A DNA stretch of 64,000 nt. It comes from Sedimentisphaerales bacterium (GTDB taxonomy: Bacteria > Planctomycetota > Phycisphaerae > Sedimentisphaerales > SM23-30). The notes beneath the pieces were generated by a model. That model saw only the letters and a program-made list of their open reading frames with translations. It ran no database searches and was not told where the DNA came from. Within the stretch, counting starts at the first letter, position 1. Each line of letters begins with the position of its first letter. The stretch is taken from NCBI GenBank assembly GCA_963666285.1, contig OY762711.1. The stretch is one strand, 5' to 3'. This document shows positions 61,848 through 64,000 of the stretch, in pieces. Both the position numbers and the translations under genes were made by a program.

Positions 61848-61875
61848 AGCATTTAGGAATGTTCTCCTAAATGCT
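61848..61875. promoter_or_regulatory. perfect inverted repeat upstream of the GH2 RBS (terminator or operator)
   Basis: AGCATTTAGGA-N6-TCCTAAATGCT. Confidence 0.45.
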
Positions 61876-61969
61876 AATAATATATATACGTGTGTAGCAG
61901 GCTTAAATTTTTATTGGTGTGATTTTAATCGTAAACAGCATATACAGGCCATACAGCAATTGGGCATCA

Positions 61970-64000
61970 TTAGTTATATTGCAGCCAGTTACCTGTCATA
62001 ATATTTAAGTCGATTAAATTTACAACATTGTCGCTGTTCAGGTCAGCACCAAAACAGGATAGATTAAATTGACAATCTTCTTCCAGCCATTCACTGGCAA
62101 TTATTTCAAAATCCTTGAAATCAACGATGTCATCCAGGTTAAGATTACCGGCAACAAACATATTATCAGTTTCTACTCTTAGCTTAGGCTGATACTCAGC
62201 TACCTCATTCTCTTTTGAAGCAAATGACGTATAACTTCTCTGGACCTGAATTGGTGAATCAATGATAAAGGAAGCAATACCATTGGAATTTCCGGTCTGA
62301 TTTAATAAATCTGTTACATTTATCTCATATGGCCGGCCAATAACAAGATCTGATCCGGAAAATATTACTTCTCCGGTTAATGGTACAGGCTCGGTATTCC
62401 ATGTCATCGAATTCTCACCCCAAAGATCATCAGCATCGTCCAATAGTCTGACACGCAAAGTCGCTGTTGGTTGCGATGTAAGAGGTACCAGGGTAAGCAG
62501 CCCACTATTTACCGTTCCTGTTCCCTTGCTGTTATAATCAAAACGCATCAGCGCATGACGGCTATAAGAACCAATATCATTCTTAACGATCATTCCGCTG
62601 TCCAAACCATAATTGACATCGGCATAATCACCACTGCGAACATAGGTATCTGCTGATGGAACCAGCATCATGCTCAGTTCAGCCGCACCACCGGCAGGAT
62701 TTTCTCTTGACCTGATAGAGAAATTTCCATCATTTGGGTTCCTGGTGAGAATAAAAGTTACTTCTCCATTGCTGTCCTGTTTCAAAAACGATACCAGCTT
62801 TGCGTTTGATAAGATAAATGTATCTTGAGTTGAACTACAGGCAAATGTACCAATCAATGAAATATTCTCATCCTCAGAGAAATCCGGCCTATACGGAGCA
62901 TTATAGCCGGTAATAGTTGATTCTGACCAGTCGACTCCTAAAACATCTCCCTTTTTACCATCATTTACCCCCCACACTGTTATCGTACCGGAATTAACAT
63001 CTGCACTATCAAGAGTAAATTCCAACTGTGCAGAACCGGTTACAGCCCTATCAGGCAAAGTGAAATGCATCCATGCTGTACGTGTATAGCTCGAAGTCTC
63101 TCCGGCAGAACTTCTTTTTATGATAATCGAAGCACTGCTGCCGTAATTATTTCTGGTCGTACCATTAACATAAGTATCAGCATCTGTTTGAACTGCCCAC
63201 AAAGGAGGGATTGTTACATGAATCTTTATCAATACCAAACCTGTAGCGATCTTTCCGGAAGAATCTTTAACAGTATAATGGACATAGTCCAGGCGGTCTG
63301 ATGCAACATTATCTCTATAGGTATATAGTATTTCATCTCTACCTTCAAGGCCGGTACCTTCGGATCTTGAAATACTGAAACCTAAATTAGAGGTTTCTTC
63401 AAAAGAAAGCAATTCAAGACCATCGGCATTAGCATCAAAATCGTTCGCTAATACATCTATTCTAATCTGATTTTCACGACCGAGATCACATGAAATTGCC
63501 TGCAAATCCAATGCAGCGTAAGGTGGAAACTCAACTGTCTGGTAAGCACCACCAATACTGTACAGCTTGTTGCCTATATATTTATTGCGATGTAATAAAT
63601 GATCTCTTACTGATGGTCCACAAAAACGTGTAATGCCGTTACCGCAATTAATGGTAGGCCCTTCTGGACTACCGCCTTCGTAATCAGCACAACCAAAATT
63701 ATGTCCAAGCTCATGTCTGCCGGCACCCATAAACCATCCGGTACTCTTGCACTGAGAAATATTATATGAGCCCGGACAATACGCCACCCCGCCGCCAATA
63801 TTGGTTGTAGCCAGCATCGCTTTGAAACAATATTGCATTGCGTCAGATTGATTATTAGCCCATTCTGAAGCAAAGGGACTAAGCAAAGCTGTGCCGGAGA
63901 TACCCTGGAAAGGACAATTCTGCTGTGAAGCTCTAAGAACAACTCTACCAATAGAGGGTTTCATCATATTGTCCCTGAGCTGGATAACTTTCCATTCGCA
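61970..64000 (-). CDS. modular protein with zincin HExxH motif, cadherin/Ig-like domain, two DNRLRE-like domains and dockerin-like C-terminus; N-terminus outside the window
   Basis: HELGHNFG; IDVLANDFD; ADTYV...NYG twice; GNLNLDDIVDFKDF...ADLNSDNVVNLIDL...NWL; frame open to 64000. Confidence 0.75.
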   Translation of the reverse strand, partial: CEWKVIQLRDNMMKPSIGRVVLRASQQNCPFQGISGTALLSPFASEWANNQSDAMQYCFKAMLATTNIGGGVAYCPGSYNISQCKSTGWFMGAGRHELGHNFGCADYEGGSPEGPTINCGNGITRFCGPSVRDHLLHRNKYIGNKLYSIGGAYQTVEFPPYAALDLQAISCDLGRENQIRIDVLANDFDANADGLELLSFEETSNLGFSISRSEGTGLEGRDEILYTYRDNVASDRLDYVHYTVKDSSGKIATGLVLIKIHVTIPPLWAVQTDADTYVNGTTRNNYGSSASIIIKRSSAGETSSYTRTAWMHFTLPDRAVTGSAQLEFTLDSADVNSGTITVWGVNDGKKGDVLGVDWSESTITGYNAPYRPDFSEDENISLIGTFACSSTQDTFILSNAKLVSFLKQDSNGEVTFILTRNPNDGNFSIRSRENPAGGAAELSMMLVPSADTYVRSGDYADVNYGLDSGMIVKNDIGSYSRHALMRFDYNSKGTGTVNSGLLTLVPLTSQPTATLRVRLLDDADDLWGENSMTWNTEPVPLTGEVIFSGSDLVIGRPYEINVTDLLNQTGNSNGIASFIIDSPIQVQRSYTSFASKENEVAEYQPKLRVETDNMFVAGNLNLDDIVDFKDFEIIASEWLEEDCQFNLSCFGADLNSDNVVNLIDLNIMTGNWLQYN

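Noticed and set aside
15328..63951. Many short overlapping ORFs in the track
   Set aside because: Nested in or antisense to well-supported long genes
1..64000. CRISPR array, cas genes or rRNA
   Set aside because: No regularly spaced repeat-spacer array, cas motifs or rRNA signatures observed

Overview
Bacterial chromosomal window, probably from a planctomycete of the Phycisphaerae/Sedimentisphaerales type (inferred from a C-terminal dockerin-like 'NWL' domain, DPN-rich acidic secreted proteins and many sulfatases/CAZymes). (1) 1-14096 is the right part of an AT-rich integrative element ending at the 3' end of tRNA-Lys(CTT) (14097-14169, minus), with a tyrosine integrase and an excisionase-like HTH. 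Its cargo is a PRTRC-type ParB, an N6-methylase-like protein, ArdC, a nucleotidyltransferase, an XRE-HTH/HemK-like methyltransferase fusion and a tightly coupled 8-gene operon. The operon encodes a Zn-finger membrane protein, a HerA/FtsK-like ATPase-wHTH-PD-(D/E)xK fusion, two paralogous small membrane proteins, PP2C-FHA, Ser/Thr kinase-Zn ribbon-FHA, vWA and another small membrane protein, and is the best candidate here for an undescribed system. The leftmost ~4.6 kb carries archaeal-style TATA and RBS signals. (2) 14.4-30.8 kb is mostly housekeeping: rpsT, a giant repeat-containing cyclophilin, TolC, glk, mtnA, a DEAD-box helicase, pheS, rplT, rpmI, a hybrid histidine kinase and a FeoC-like gene. 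(3) 31-35 kb holds gene remnants and an intact IS701-like element. (4) 35-64 kb is a glycoconjugate utilisation locus: GH31, GH20, NahK-like kinase, SSS transporter, tdh-kbl, two sulfatases, NTP-transferase, epimerase, AraC, GH29, an alpha-galactosidase-like protein, GH2 and a metallopeptidase-like dockerin protein. Two MITE families are visible, one sharing ends and 5-bp target duplication length with the resident IS. All calls come from reading motifs by eye; no database searches were run.
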